Shown in pieces: positions 51,584-62,913 of a stretch of DNA of 64,000 nucleotides. Origin of the DNA: Botryllus schlosseri (lineage: Eukaryota); contig CM119385.1 of assembly GCA_051294905.1 (NCBI GenBank), positions 3,162,001-3,226,000 on the forward strand. The letters are read 5' to 3'. Positions within the stretch are counted from its first letter, which is position 1; every line of letters begins with the position of its first letter. A program made the translations under genes and the position numbers. The notes under the pieces are model-generated. The model worked only from the letters and a program-made list of their open reading frames with translations, made no database searches and was not told where the DNA came from.

Positions 51584-52373
51584 CTATACATCGATTGGAT
51601 ATCGTTAGAAATAGTCCCAAAAGACCTATATACATTGCTATAGTTATGACTCTTGATTGAGTTTCTTAATCCAAGGACGAAGGTGAACGAGTTGGATAAT
51701 TGCAATTACTGCGCATATAGTCGCAAGCTTCACACATGGACCGTGAGTAGGTTAGCGCGAAGGTGCTGGTGGGGTGGGGTCGCGCAACATTTTCACATCG
51801 AAATTTGGGTTCATTACCGTAAAAAGTTTGGAAACCCCTGTTCTACACCATAGGTGGCCAAGCGTCTGATATGCGGTATTCCAAACCATTGCGCGGGTCA
51901 CTTGGGTATTGATGACGTTTTGTACGCTGACATTGGTGTCTTGAACATTCAATGCGCTCATATTTTCGAAATATATTGCAAAGCTCACGGGTGAATTCGG
52001 TCCATAATCTCGGTACTGGCGCACATTGCATGAATTATTTGGTGCCTACGCAGCTTCCGACCAATACGTGTCGATCGTTTTGGGCCAGAATTTCTTCGCT
52101 GACCATCCTTCGGGGAGATCACTCGGGAATTCGCATGAAGTGCCGACATTTAATATGTCTTGGTGTGTCCAGGCTTGGAGATGGCTGGAGCCGAAATGCA
52201 GGTCTAGAGCCCGCACACTATACTGAAGCATCCAAACAGGCTCAAGTCATACGATGACGACGGTAATATTCCGTTCTCTTGAACGACCCAGTTCGTTTTA
52301 TTTCGCCATTTTTTTAATGTTTCTGAATGCTTGCTAAAAGCAAGATGTCTCGAAGCACAAAATCACACATATG

Positions 52374-52615
52374 TGTCAATTTGACACCGTCATGTGACCG
52401 TATGTTGCCCGCCACTGGTCGATGTCCCCAATATCCATCTTCTTATTTTAGACTTTATGCCTATTAAAGGCATGATATTAAGTATAGGCATCTTAGCATC
52501 TCTAATGTCAATTTGACACCGTCATGTGGCCGTATGTTGTCCGCCGCTGGTCGATGTTCACAATGTCCATCTTCTTATTTTAGACTATCTGCTGATAGCA
52601 AGTAGGCATCTTGGA
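52374..52615. repeat. Tandem duplication of about 130 bp
   Basis: TGTCAATTTGACACCGTCATGTG...CCATCTTCTTATTTTAGACT...TAGGCATCTT occurs twice (52374-52505 and 52506-52615). Confidence 0.9.
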
Positions 52616-53699
52616 AGAAAGATGCAGCATAAATATGAATTATGTAATTTTTTATGCAAACACAGCTCGGAATCGGCGGTATAATGGCCGTCAGCGAGTA
52701 AAGATTAAATCGCAAAGAACACTCGGCGGAAGGATTAAAATATTGTTGTAAATTGCATTTGCGTCTTTAGTGGTGTGTCGTAACGCGAAAAGAATTGTGA
52801 GAAATTCGTCATATCACGAATATATGGTTCAGAGATTAATATCGTTTCCACAATCTGTGGGTCTGATACGCAACTCACTGATAATACGTAACCCAAGAAT
52901 GTCCCCATAATAGCATTAAACTATATGCATTACTTGATTAGGCGAATTGCATGACCTGTCACTACTACAAATAGACGAAATTTGAATGATAGCAATAAAC
53001 CGATTGCCTGAAGTGCCCACTGTACATGTGTACTGTCGCGATAATCTTAATTCAGCATCTGCTTTTAACCATTCAAATACCTTAGATGTCGTAATAAACT
53101 GCTTTTTGACTTCTCTCGATATGGTATATTTGTATATAAACACTATAATCACTTACGATAATACTGTGAATCATCATGATTAATTAGTCGAGATTATACA
53201 ATTCTATGGAATACGTTGAGTATAGCACGACATTGGTAATCACAGCTACTTATTTACGATTACAAAGTTACTTGCGTGGTTAGATTATCACGCCGACAAC
53301 AAATCATTTCCACCGCGTGCACATTCCGTCACGCTCCACATAGTTCGTGAACCACTGCTACACACAGTTCAGAAGAACGTATACTTTCCTGTTAGAGCAG
53401 TGCTTCCCAACGTGGGCGATTTTTAGAAACAAGGGGGCGAAAATACCATAGGGGCGACAGGGGGCGAAAATGTTAGAACGACCAGTGAGATATCTTTAAC
53501 TATCATGGCCAAAAAATACACTTGAAGACGGTTTATTGTGCATATGACGCGAAAAAAGGTTAACTCAACTTCAAGTAGACGAGAGAAAGGAAAGGACGCA
53601 TGTTTATTTTTGTCCTTGATGTTTTTTGCGGCATATACACCGACTCATGATATACATACACACGATCTGCGCATATACAGTTACCATGAGCGGCTGATG

Positions 53700-53910
53700 T
53701 GTATATGTAGCTGGACAAGGAAGGTGCAGATATCCTTGTACGGCTTTCTAAGTCTTGCTCTACCCTCTATGTTATCCCTGTAATGCATGAGTGTCAAGCG
53801 GCCAAGACATGGATACCAGTGTTACTAATCAGGTCAGACCCGGCCGGGAATCGAACCCACGACCTAGCGATCAAGAAGCCGGACGCTTCACCATTACGCT
53901 AATTTGCCGG
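53700..53910 (-). mobile_element. tRNA-derived SINE
   Basis: Pol III A box TAGCGTAATGG (53891-53901) and B box GGTTCGATTCC (53847-53857) at tRNA spacing; no paired acceptor stem; non-tRNA body follows; 3' boundary approximate. Confidence 0.7.
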
Positions 53911-54049
53911 TTTCCCGAGCACCTACTCTGAGAAATGATCTGTTTTTAGTCAATTCAAAAGCGATCAGAGTCCCGATAGATGTACCGTTTATATGTCCTA
54001 TTTTCGGATCCATAAATATGAGGGGCGAAAATTTGTTAAGGATGGGATG

Positions 54050-54633
54050 CAGAGTTGTAATGACTAGACTCGAGTCAGATTCGAGTCACGATTTTCTGAT
54101 GACTCGACTTGACTCGAGTCATTTTCCCAAAATACAGAAATGACTCGACACGACTCGAGTCAATCTGTGTATTGACTCGACTTGGACTCGAGTCATTGCG
54201 CATGACTCGAACCATGTTATATGACTCGAGACTCAGACGGCCAAGACCGACATTTCATTGTAGTTTCGAAGAATAGTAAAGTAACCACCCTCTCGTAATT
54301 TCGCCTATTGGTACTGGTACTTGAAAATGCGACCAAAAACTGTTGAAAGTGAGGAAATTTAGTATATTATATATGCGAACCATTCGATATCATCAAACAG
54401 AGTTGTAAAAGTGGGTTCAACAAGACTTTAACTGGAAACTGAGCAGTCAACACAATGACTTGGACTCGGACTCGAGTCCTAATACCATGACTCGGACTCG
54501 AACCTCTGCTCCATGACTTGGACTCGGACTTGACTCGGTGGTGAATTGAAAATGACTCGACTTCACTCGAGTACAAATTATAAAAGTGAGATTGACTTGT
54601 GACTCGGATCCTTGTGACTTGGTTACAACCCTG
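54050..54633 (+). mobile_element. GACTCGAGTC-rich hAT MITE, copy 2
   Basis: TIRs CAGAGTTGTAA / TTACAACCCTG; close to 56984-57580 over its full length; TSD degenerate. Confidence 0.88.
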
Positions 54634-56676
54634 GGGCGATGAGTCGAAAAAGGTTGGGAACCAATGCGTTAGAGCTACTGTGGTGGCCAAGCTGGGGTTA
54701 TTTTATGACTGGGCATTGGGCATGCATATCCCTTATTTTGGTGAGAAGTTTAGCATGATCCTAAAAGAAAGCATTTCCTGCCCTTCCTAAGTGTTGGAGC
54801 GAACGTGTTTCGTGCTATAACTCGGCAACTCAGGAATCAAAATAAGCAATATTGGCATGATATATAAGACTATAGATCCTGAAGATTTGGCAAGATGGTG
54901 GGTAAAAATAGATACAGTAAAGGGTCATCAACCTGCGCCATGTCACTGTGCAGCCCCCGTTTCGGATGGGGGTGACTAAAAAAAGGTCAACACATTCGAC
55001 CAAACCGCAACATCACGGCCCGAATGCCCCAATTGACCGCTTGATGATATTTTGTTTAGTTACCATCACCTACCATAATGCTACTATATGTGGGCGAATT
55101 AGCGTATACCACCATCATTGACGGCGTAGGCCCCGATTTGATTCTTGGCAGGAGCAGGTTCGGTATAGCGACTGCCGTTTATCTGAGATTCTTCTCCTCA
55201 GCGTCGCTGTGCTCACGGCGTCTCTGCAATAAAAAGCCCATAGAACTACCCGGATCAATCAAGAACCAATCCAAGGACATGAATGAATAGAGCGAGGAAG
55301 CCTTTAAAGGAAATACAGAGAGTACTAGCACTAGAACGAGGGGGATGCCAGATTAAGTGACCGTACTTGGTCGTTTCAACATCCTCGTATCTGTTCAGTG
55401 TTCATTGTACATTGTGTGTCACCGATTGTGCCACACTCAGAATATCGATTTCGTAGTTTTTGTTAAACTTAGACCTTGATTAACACATTTTTCTCGAGTC
55501 ACCTCTGAGCAGTCATACGCTAGCAAGTAAGCGATGCAGGCCGTGTGACGACGAATAATTTGTTGTCTGCGTCTGCATTAGGGTTGCATTCAAAACATGT
55601 TTTAAACAGTGTTTTAAACGAAGGTCTTTAAAAAAAATTCTGTGATTTTTTTAGTTCTAAAATTATGCCACAATTGTATAAATACGTTCCCAATAATCAA
55701 GCTGTATGAGCCTACGTACATTTACCACCCGGTATAGCCGACGTATATCGATATGGGATGGTTGGAACTCTCAAAATAGTCGGTTCAATAGCAATAGTAT
55801 AGATATTTCGTCAAAGGAGCTATATTTAATCCATATTTTCAATTGTCATTCGTGACGTCATGACTTAAAAAAATTTACACTCATTACCAGTCCACCAAGT
55901 GAAGGAGTAAACTTTAAACTACTGGTAATTGTTGCACCACATCTCTATTTAGATATGACGTATCATGGTGCAATTCACTGTCTAGTTCCGTTTACCCACA
56001 TGTGTTCGTTTTGATATAATATATTAGATTTTGATATTTGTTTTCGGGATATCACTCAATGATTCAGACACTCATTTCGTTATTGAACTCGATGTATGTA
56101 GGCCTATACGGCGTGCAAGCTCCGGAATCCAACGTACATCAGCCAGACTCGAGTCGTCGCGCTATTACGTTTACAAGAATTGACTCGAGTAATTTTAATA
56201 AAAATGGAAAAATGACTCGACTCGACTTGAGTCAATTTGCACATAAACATTTTTTGTCTGTTTAAAATGTTGAGGGTGAGAAAATAAGTATTCCTATACT
56301 ATGAATGATATGCGTTCGATATCACCTGTAGCATTCCTGTCGCGAGATAGCTTAGTGCAGCGGTTCCCAACCTTTTTGATGTCGTGGACCTCTTTTGGAC
56401 TGTCACGAACCCCCTCAAGTTTTCGCTCAGAATTAGATCAATTATCGTGCAACCGTCATCTGTGTTGTGATGAGAAACAGACACAAAATGCCTTTTCGTA
56501 AACATAACATCATATTATATGAAGAAATTGGTCACAGACTCTTATTATTTTTTCAGCTGTATTTATTGTCTTAAAAATCCACGTCTTCGATTTGATATGA
56601 ACGAGTGCCGAAAATATTTCCACAAAAATAGGCGCTGACCAATGTAATATTCACGCGTAACACTTCATGCGACACC

Positions 56677-56812
56677 TTCGGTTCGGTTCGGTTTATTAGC
56701 AATTTTTATCAGTTTAACACAACACAAAAATTGCGATACAATGGAAAAAGATGGGATGGTGTCGAAACGACTTGGAGTAGTCTTTGGGATCAGATACCCA
56801 CCTTGGCCTAGT
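56677..56812 (-). repeat. 3' end of a retroelement family ending in AATAAA-(CCGAA)n, interrupted at 56813 and resuming at 58664-58700
   Basis: AAAATTGCGATACAATG...GTCGAAACGACTTGGA...CACCTTGGCC is shared with 30435-30600 and 10060-10105; the minus-strand tail reads AATAAACCGAACCGAACCGAA. Confidence 0.6.
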
Positions 56813-58663
56813 CAGAGGTCTCAAACACGCGGCCCGCGACGGCATTTTGGATTTCGAAGTATTCGACAATATTAAACTACCATTTTTTTTAATTTGAGAA
56901 CTTAAAATTCGCTCTAAAACTAGTCCTGAAGCCAGAAAACGCTCATCAAAATTCACTATTACATCCATTTCAACAGTTACGACCAGGGTTGTAATGACTC
57001 GAGTCATGACTCGACTCGAGTCCGACTCCAGTCACGATTTTCTGATGACTCGACTTGACTCGAGTCATTTTCTCAAAATACAGAAATGACTCGACTCGAC
57101 TCGAGTCAATCTGTGTATTGACTCGACTTGGACTCGAGTCATTGCGCATGACTCGAACCAAGTCATATGACTCGAGACTCAGACAACCAAGACTGACATT
57201 TCATTGTAATTTCGAAGAGAAGTAAAGTAACCTCACTCTTGGGATCTCGTCTATTGGTACTGGTACTTGAAAATGCGACCTGAAACTGCTAAAAGTGAGG
57301 AAAATTAACATATTATGAATGCGAAGTATTCGATATCACCAAATAGAGTTATAAAAAGTTGGTTTACCTGAACTTAAACTGGAAACTGAGCGGTCAACAC
57401 CATGACTTGGACTCGGACTCGAGTCATAATACCATGACTCGGACTCGACCCTGTGCTCGATGACTTGGACTCGGACTTGACTCGGTGGTGAAGTGAAAAT
57501 GACTCGACTTGACTCGAGTCAAAACTATAAAAGGGGGATTGACTTGTGACTCGGAGCCATTTGACTTGGTTGCAACCCTGGTTACGACCCAGTGCAAGAT
57601 GACCTATTACGTGACATTACTTGTCTATGATGGTCAAACATGACTCGCTGATGATTCGTGATGAAAATGGTGATTTGGAATTGGGCGAGACCTTTTGTAG
57701 AATTACTCGAACTCGGACTCAATGGGTGATACAATAAAAATGACTCGAGTTGAGTCGCGTCAAAAGATACAATAAGAGAAAGTTTTGTGACGCGGAATGC
57801 CGTGAATTGGTACAACCACGGACGCAACAAACTATCAAACTGATATGGAAATAGTAAAATATCAAAAGGTCGTAGCTTGCGTTTCGTAGCGTATTTAGAT
57901 ATCTAAGCAGGTCGGTATGGCAACCATTGTCATTATGTTGCCCTCTTGATGTATAGTTGGTTACATCCTGTGTCATCTTGGGTATCTTTATCCATGTTAT
58001 TCTCGTCAATTAAATGTGGCGAGTATAAAGTAGTCGTAGCCTACGCTTAACAGCTGTAACACAAATGGATTCTTCGGCGATTGGACATTTTTATTGCTAT
58101 GGCACAGTAATCATTATATTCAAGTTGTTATTGATCAGTTCAAATATTTGAAGGTAAATCCAACGCTGATTTAATTTGACTTTGGTAATGACATGATCAA
58201 TAGCCTAGTGACCAGGAGTAGGCTACACGCGAGACCCGGATTAGGCTGTACTGCTCCAATGCTCAGATAGCAGATCAATCTTTGTAAAATTATAAAATTT
58301 TACCTATAATTGCGGCACGTCAAATGTCGGCTAGCTGCAAAATTATAACTTGACAGCTTTTACGATGTACAGATACATTTGTACTCTCGCATGGTGTCTA
58401 CAACTAATTAATTTGACAAACTATGCCAATTACAGCAACAATTTTATTCAAATATCTACAAATGTTATTTTTTCGTGCCTGGCGTGAATTCACAATAGGA
58501 AATCCCAGTTTTACGATGCGTGTGGAATGTCAGTCTGCAAGCTCCCGTCAAATAAGGCCTACTTGCAATTACATTGTATTCCCCGATTATTGGTGCTGCG
58601 GCCCGCGGCGCCATCAAAAAGTAGCAAATTGGCCCGCGAGCACATTTGAGTTTGAGACCTCTG
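56813..58663. mobile_element. Buster-type hAT element carrying a nested MITE
   Basis: TIRs CAGAGGTCTCAAAC / GTTTGAGACCTCTG (14/14 match); imperfect TSD GCCTAG(G)T; host sequence resumes correctly after it. Confidence 0.8.
56984..57580 (+). mobile_element. GACTCGAGTC-rich hAT MITE, copy 3
   Basis: TIRs CAGGGTTGTAA / TTGCAACCCTG; perfect TSD GTTACGAC. Confidence 0.93.
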
Positions 58664-58863
58664 GCCTAGGTGATGTAAAGTGGAGGCTTGCACACTGAAT
58701 GAAAAGTAAAAGAAGAAATTATAGGAAAAGTAAGCGAAAAAAAAATGGGGTGACATGTCACGGAAGGCGAGATCGATAGGTCAGGTCGTGCTCCGGTAAC
58801 CTTGAGGGTGGGCTAGTATTCATTTAGTAGAAATTGCTTGTATGTCGACTTGAATGTGGACAC

Positions 58864-59468
58864 TAGGGGTCCTCAAAAATGACTTTTTTTCTCGAATCGT
58901 ACTGGCTACTTGATAAAATTGTTAGGTTACCTAATTTAAGCCTACACACCAAAGTCGGTTCAATTCCAACCAGTAGCCGCATCGCTACAGGAGAAGAAAG
59001 TTTATATTTATTATATAAAAATAATAACAAAAAATATGAAAATTTTCTGTTCACCCCATGAAAGTGTTAGGTTATTGCCGTCGAAAAAATTGGATTCTGA
59101 ATAAAATAGTATTTACGGTGACCAATTCTTTATTTATTTATTATAGTGGTGCCCACCGTAAATACTATTTTATTCAAATCCAAATTTTTCGACGGCAATA
59201 ACTTCGCTTCCACTGGTTGGAATTAGACCAAATTTGGTGAACACCGTTTCTATAGACAACCTAACACTTCCATGGGAGGAACAGAAAATTTTCAAATTAT
59301 TTGTTATTTATTTTTATATAATAAATAGAAGCTTTCTTCACCTGTAGCGATGCGGCTACTGACTGGAATTGAACCAAATTTTGCGTGTAGGCTTAAATTA
59401 GGTAACCTAACAATTCTATCAAGTAGCTAGTACGATTTGAGGAAAAAAGTCATTTTTGAAGACCCCTA
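58864..59468. mobile_element. 605-bp palindromic (foldback) MITE with about 250-bp inverted arms
   Basis: Ends TAGGGGTCCTCAAAAATGAC / GTCATTTTTGAAGACCCCTA; perfect TSD GTGGACAC (58856-58863, 59469-59476); the arms pair almost to the centre, apart from an insertion of about 50 bp in the right arm. Confidence 0.93.
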
Positions 59469-62400
59469 GTGGACACGCAAATCGACTGTCAGGTGCTGTG
59501 ATCGGAACGTACAATGCGTGCAATGCGGTACGCAGATGGTCGCTTATTGACCTATCATTAGCATCAGCGGATATCGCAAACAAATGCTCGACGCACGTAA
59601 CTACCGATATTCTGGATAGTGATCACCTTATAGTGCTCACCACGTATATGTGCAGAACCCGGAGAGCGAAAATAAAGCCACCCAGCTGGTCACTCGGTAA
59701 AGCAGATTGGGAAACATTCAGAAATAATGTAGGTACCAATAGTCATTTAGAATCGAATGCTAGTATTGATGCCGTTGTAAATGAATTCACGGAAAGCATT
59801 CTCCATGCTGCTAGTATATCAATTCCTATGACTCGCAACCATCGGAAATCTCCGAATCCTTGGTGGAATGAAGAGTGCTCTAGGGCTGTAAGAAAGAAGA
59901 AAGCAGCATTTATGAGAATGAAAAGAACCTTTAATCAGCATGACATTCTTCAATTCAAAAGGGAACGTGCTCGATGTAAGAGGGTAATATTGACGTCAAA
60001 GCGAGATTCTTGGAGGGCTTTCTGTGGAACCCTTGAAGCACGCGCTAATCTACAAAAGGTATGGAAAGTAGTTCATTCAATTTCCAATAAACATAATCAC
60101 CGTGGGGTACCTTCATTGAAAGTAAGTGGTAATTTAACTACAGCCGACCATGAAATCGCTAATGAGATTGCTTCAACGTTCAAAAATGTAAGCAGTGATT
60201 CGAATTTCCCGTCGAATTTTATTGCAACAAGACAAAGTCTTCTTTTGACTGATGGTTACAGTGGCCCCGGTAATGATCAACTTAATATCGCCTTTTCATT
60301 GACGGAACTGGCCATGGCTTTAAGAACCAAGAAAAATACGTCACCTGGGGGCGACCAATTATGCTATGCTATGTTCAAAAATCTTCCGCACCAAGGTTTA
60401 CTGAGATTGCTTGAGATAATGAATTACTCTTGGTCAACGGGTAATATTCCGAAACATTGGAGTCATGCGGTGATAATCCCTATCTTGAAGCCGGGTAAAG
60501 ATCCTACCTCTGCCAACTCTTATCGTCCTATTTCCCTGACCAGCCATATGTGCAAAGTAATGGAAACTATGGTGGCGAATAGACTTTCATGGTACTTGGA
60601 AAAGAATGGATTACTACATACATCACAGTCCGGGTTTAGGAGAGGGAGACGAGCCCTCGATCACGTTCTTCGATTGCATGACACAGTTTATCGAGCAATT
60701 AACAATGGACGGGTTGTATTAGCGGTTTTCCTTGACATTAAGCGGGCTTATGACATGGTATGGCGTGATGGATTAATTTTGAAACTGAAACGACTCGGAA
60801 TTTGTGGGGAAATGTTAAATTGGATAAAATGCTTTTTATCAAACCGAACATTTCAAGTAAGGATTGGATGCACTCTCTCAGGAATCCATGAATTGGAAAA
60901 TGGTATCCCACAAGGAAGTGTACTATCACCTTTATTTTTTGCAATTATGATTAATGACCTTCCTCAAGTTATATGTTCCCAGCTTGGACTATATGCTGAC
61001 GACTGTGCAATCTGGCAATCTGGGCTCAATATTATTGAGCCGATGCAAAGTATTCAATCTAGCCTAACTGCGATCTCCAACTGGTGTGCTAAATGGGGTT
61101 TTGTTATATCGAAGGAGAAGACGGTCGCCATGCTCTTTACAAGAAGGCGTAAAGTCACGATCCCTGAATTACGCATTGATAATCATATTATCAATTTTGT
61201 GGACAATTTCAAGTATCTGGGAATTATTTTTGACAAGAAACTGAACTACAAGGGGCACATCGACTACATAGCGATGAAATGTGCGGGCCGCATAAATTTA
61301 CTCAGAATGCTTTCAGGTACCACATGGGGAGCATCCAATAATCTTCTAGTTGTGCTCTACAGAACTCTCATCAGGTCAGTAATCGAATACGGTATGGAAG
61401 CATACTTCTTCGCTCCGAAGACATATCTAAAGAAAGTCGAGACTATTCGCAATCAAGCTCTTCGTATATGTTGCGGAGCGATGGTCAGTACACCAATTTC
61501 TGTAATTGAAATTGAATGCAATGATATGCCTCTATCCCTACGGCACTTGTATCTGTGTTTAAAATATAGATATTGTCTCAGCACCCAACAAACTCACCCA
61601 ACTAATTCGATATTGGAAGAATCATGGGAAGATATATACAGCTTAATAAATGAGAGATTTTCAACCTTTCGATCCTTAACCAGTGGTGCTGACATTCGCG
61701 ATTTGCACGCATCTGGGCAAGTCATATTAAAAACCCCTCCGTGGATTGCTCAGGAACCTGATGTAGACTCATCATTGACAAAATCATTAGGCAGAAATTC
61801 CCCTGCAGAAATTGTTAAGGTGGTATTCCGGGACCATATTTTCTCGAACTACAGTGATCATACACTTGTATATACGGATGGTTCGAAGACATCGTCAGGA
61901 TGTGGTTATGCCGTATACATTCCTCGGTTGAATGTGAAATTGTCTGCGACGCTTCCTAAATGTTTTTCAATATTTTATGTAGAGTTGCATGCCATCAAAG
62001 ATGCATTATCGTGGGTTGAAAGAAACACGCATAGTAAAATTGCTGTAGTAAGTGACAGTTTGAGTGCCCTAACCGCCATCGCCAATCATGGATCGGTCAA
62101 TGATTACGTTGTGAACGATATATTAGAATATATTGCAGAACTTCAAAATAACAATAAATCAATCACGTTCATCTGGATACCTGGGCATGCTGGTATTCGT
62201 GGTAACGAAATCGCCGATCAATTAGCGAAAGACGCTGCGTCAAGAAGGGATGAAGGGAACAATCACTTATTACCTCTGCGTGATGCACTGTCCGTCTTAA
62301 GACACCATTGTAGATGTGAATGGGATCAGATATACCGAAGCACTGAAACCGGAAGAGCGTATAAGAATCTGAGACCATCAATTACCGACGATATAGCTCA

Positions 62401-62698
62401 AATTGGAACACGGCAAAGAGACGTAATTCTACTGAGATTAAGGAGCGGCCATTGCAGACTGAATCAACATCTGCACAAGATCCGTTGTTCTGAGACTCCA
62501 CTATGTCAGCAATGCAATGCAGAGGAATCTGTAGAGCACTTTTTGTTACATTGTGTGAGATATCAACATCAAAGGAGACAACTACATCATGCTGCACGAA
62601 TGAGCCGAATAAATTGGGAGTTGAAAGATGTTTTAACAGATCCAACGATATTGGATAATGTTGTACAGTTCGTGATATCTTCGGGAAGACTTATCTAG
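59456..62698 (+). CDS. LINE ORF2 (partial APE endonuclease, reverse transcriptase, RNase H); 5'-truncated, and the ORF-track start overlaps the MITE and is not a real start
   Basis: SLIDLSLAS...DSDH (APE end); SPGGD, SYRPISLTS, QSGFR, FLDIKRAYD, GIPQGSVLSP, LYADD, KYLG (RT); YTDGS, ELHAI, SDSLS, WIPGHAGIRGNEIAD (RNase H); CQQC...ESVEHFLLHC. No stop or frameshift over 1080 codons. Confidence 0.93.
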   Translation: MKTPSGHANRLSGAVIGTYNACNAVRRWSLIDLSLASADIANKCSTHVTTDILDSDHLIVLTTYMCRTRRAKIKPPSWSLGKADWETFRNNVGTNSHLESNASIDAVVNEFTESILHAASISIPMTRNHRKSPNPWWNEECSRAVRKKKAAFMRMKRTFNQHDILQFKRERARCKRVILTSKRDSWRAFCGTLEARANLQKVWKVVHSISNKHNHRGVPSLKVSGNLTTADHEIANEIASTFKNVSSDSNFPSNFIATRQSLLLTDGYSGPGNDQLNIAFSLTELAMALRTKKNTSPGGDQLCYAMFKNLPHQGLLRLLEIMNYSWSTGNIPKHWSHAVIIPILKPGKDPTSANSYRPISLTSHMCKVMETMVANRLSWYLEKNGLLHTSQSGFRRGRRALDHVLRLHDTVYRAINNGRVVLAVFLDIKRAYDMVWRDGLILKLKRLGICGEMLNWIKCFLSNRTFQVRIGCTLSGIHELENGIPQGSVLSPLFFAIMINDLPQVICSQLGLYADDCAIWQSGLNIIEPMQSIQSSLTAISNWCAKWGFVISKEKTVAMLFTRRRKVTIPELRIDNHIINFVDNFKYLGIIFDKKLNYKGHIDYIAMKCAGRINLLRMLSGTTWGASNNLLVVLYRTLIRSVIEYGMEAYFFAPKTYLKKVETIRNQALRICCGAMVSTPISVIEIECNDMPLSLRHLYLCLKYRYCLSTQQTHPTNSILEESWEDIYSLINERFSTFRSLTSGADIRDLHASGQVILKTPPWIAQEPDVDSSLTKSLGRNSPAEIVKVVFRDHIFSNYSDHTLVYTDGSKTSSGCGYAVYIPRLNVKLSATLPKCFSIFYVELHAIKDALSWVERNTHSKIAVVSDSLSALTAIANHGSVNDYVVNDILEYIAELQNNNKSITFIWIPGHAGIRGNEIADQLAKDAASRRDEGNNHLLPLRDALSVLRHHCRCEWDQIYRSTETGRAYKNLRPSITDDIAQIGTRQRDVILLRLRSGHCRLNQHLHKIRCSETPLCQQCNAEESVEHFLLHCVRYQHQRRQLHHAARMSRINWELKDVLTDPTILDNVVQFVISSGRLI

Positions 62699-62913
62699 TA
62701 TAGCTAATACATGTTGTTCATTCATTATTTGTATAACCAAATCTCGTGTTTGTATATTGTCGGCTATAGCTCCTTATATTGAATGTGCATGTTGGTGATG
62801 TATATATTGGATAATGCTAATCCATTGTAAAAACAAGTACAGAAGTGGCGCACAAAACCTGTGCCGTGATAAGCGCCACTATCACGATTTTTACTTATAA
62901 TAATAATAATAAT
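59477..62913 (+). mobile_element. 5'-truncated I-group (I/Nimb/Loa-like) non-LTR retrotransposon
   Basis: End of APE, RT, RNase H and C-terminal CCHC finger; 3' UTR with an 8-bp stem AGTGGCGC/GCGCCACT (62844-62880) and a (TAA)5 tail (62898-62912); no TSD found. Confidence 0.93.

Larger units (their letters stand above)
53398..54666 (+). mobile_element. GGGGCGA-family hAT MITE expanded by nested SINE and MITE insertions
   Basis: TIRs CAGTGCTTCCCAAC / GTTGGGAACCAATG; TSD TGTTAGAG/CGTTAGAG (7/8); ends homologous to 38948-39251. Confidence 0.85.

Noticed and set aside
53835-53910. tRNA gene
   Set aside because: A and B boxes are present, but the acceptor stem does not pair and a SINE-like body follows.
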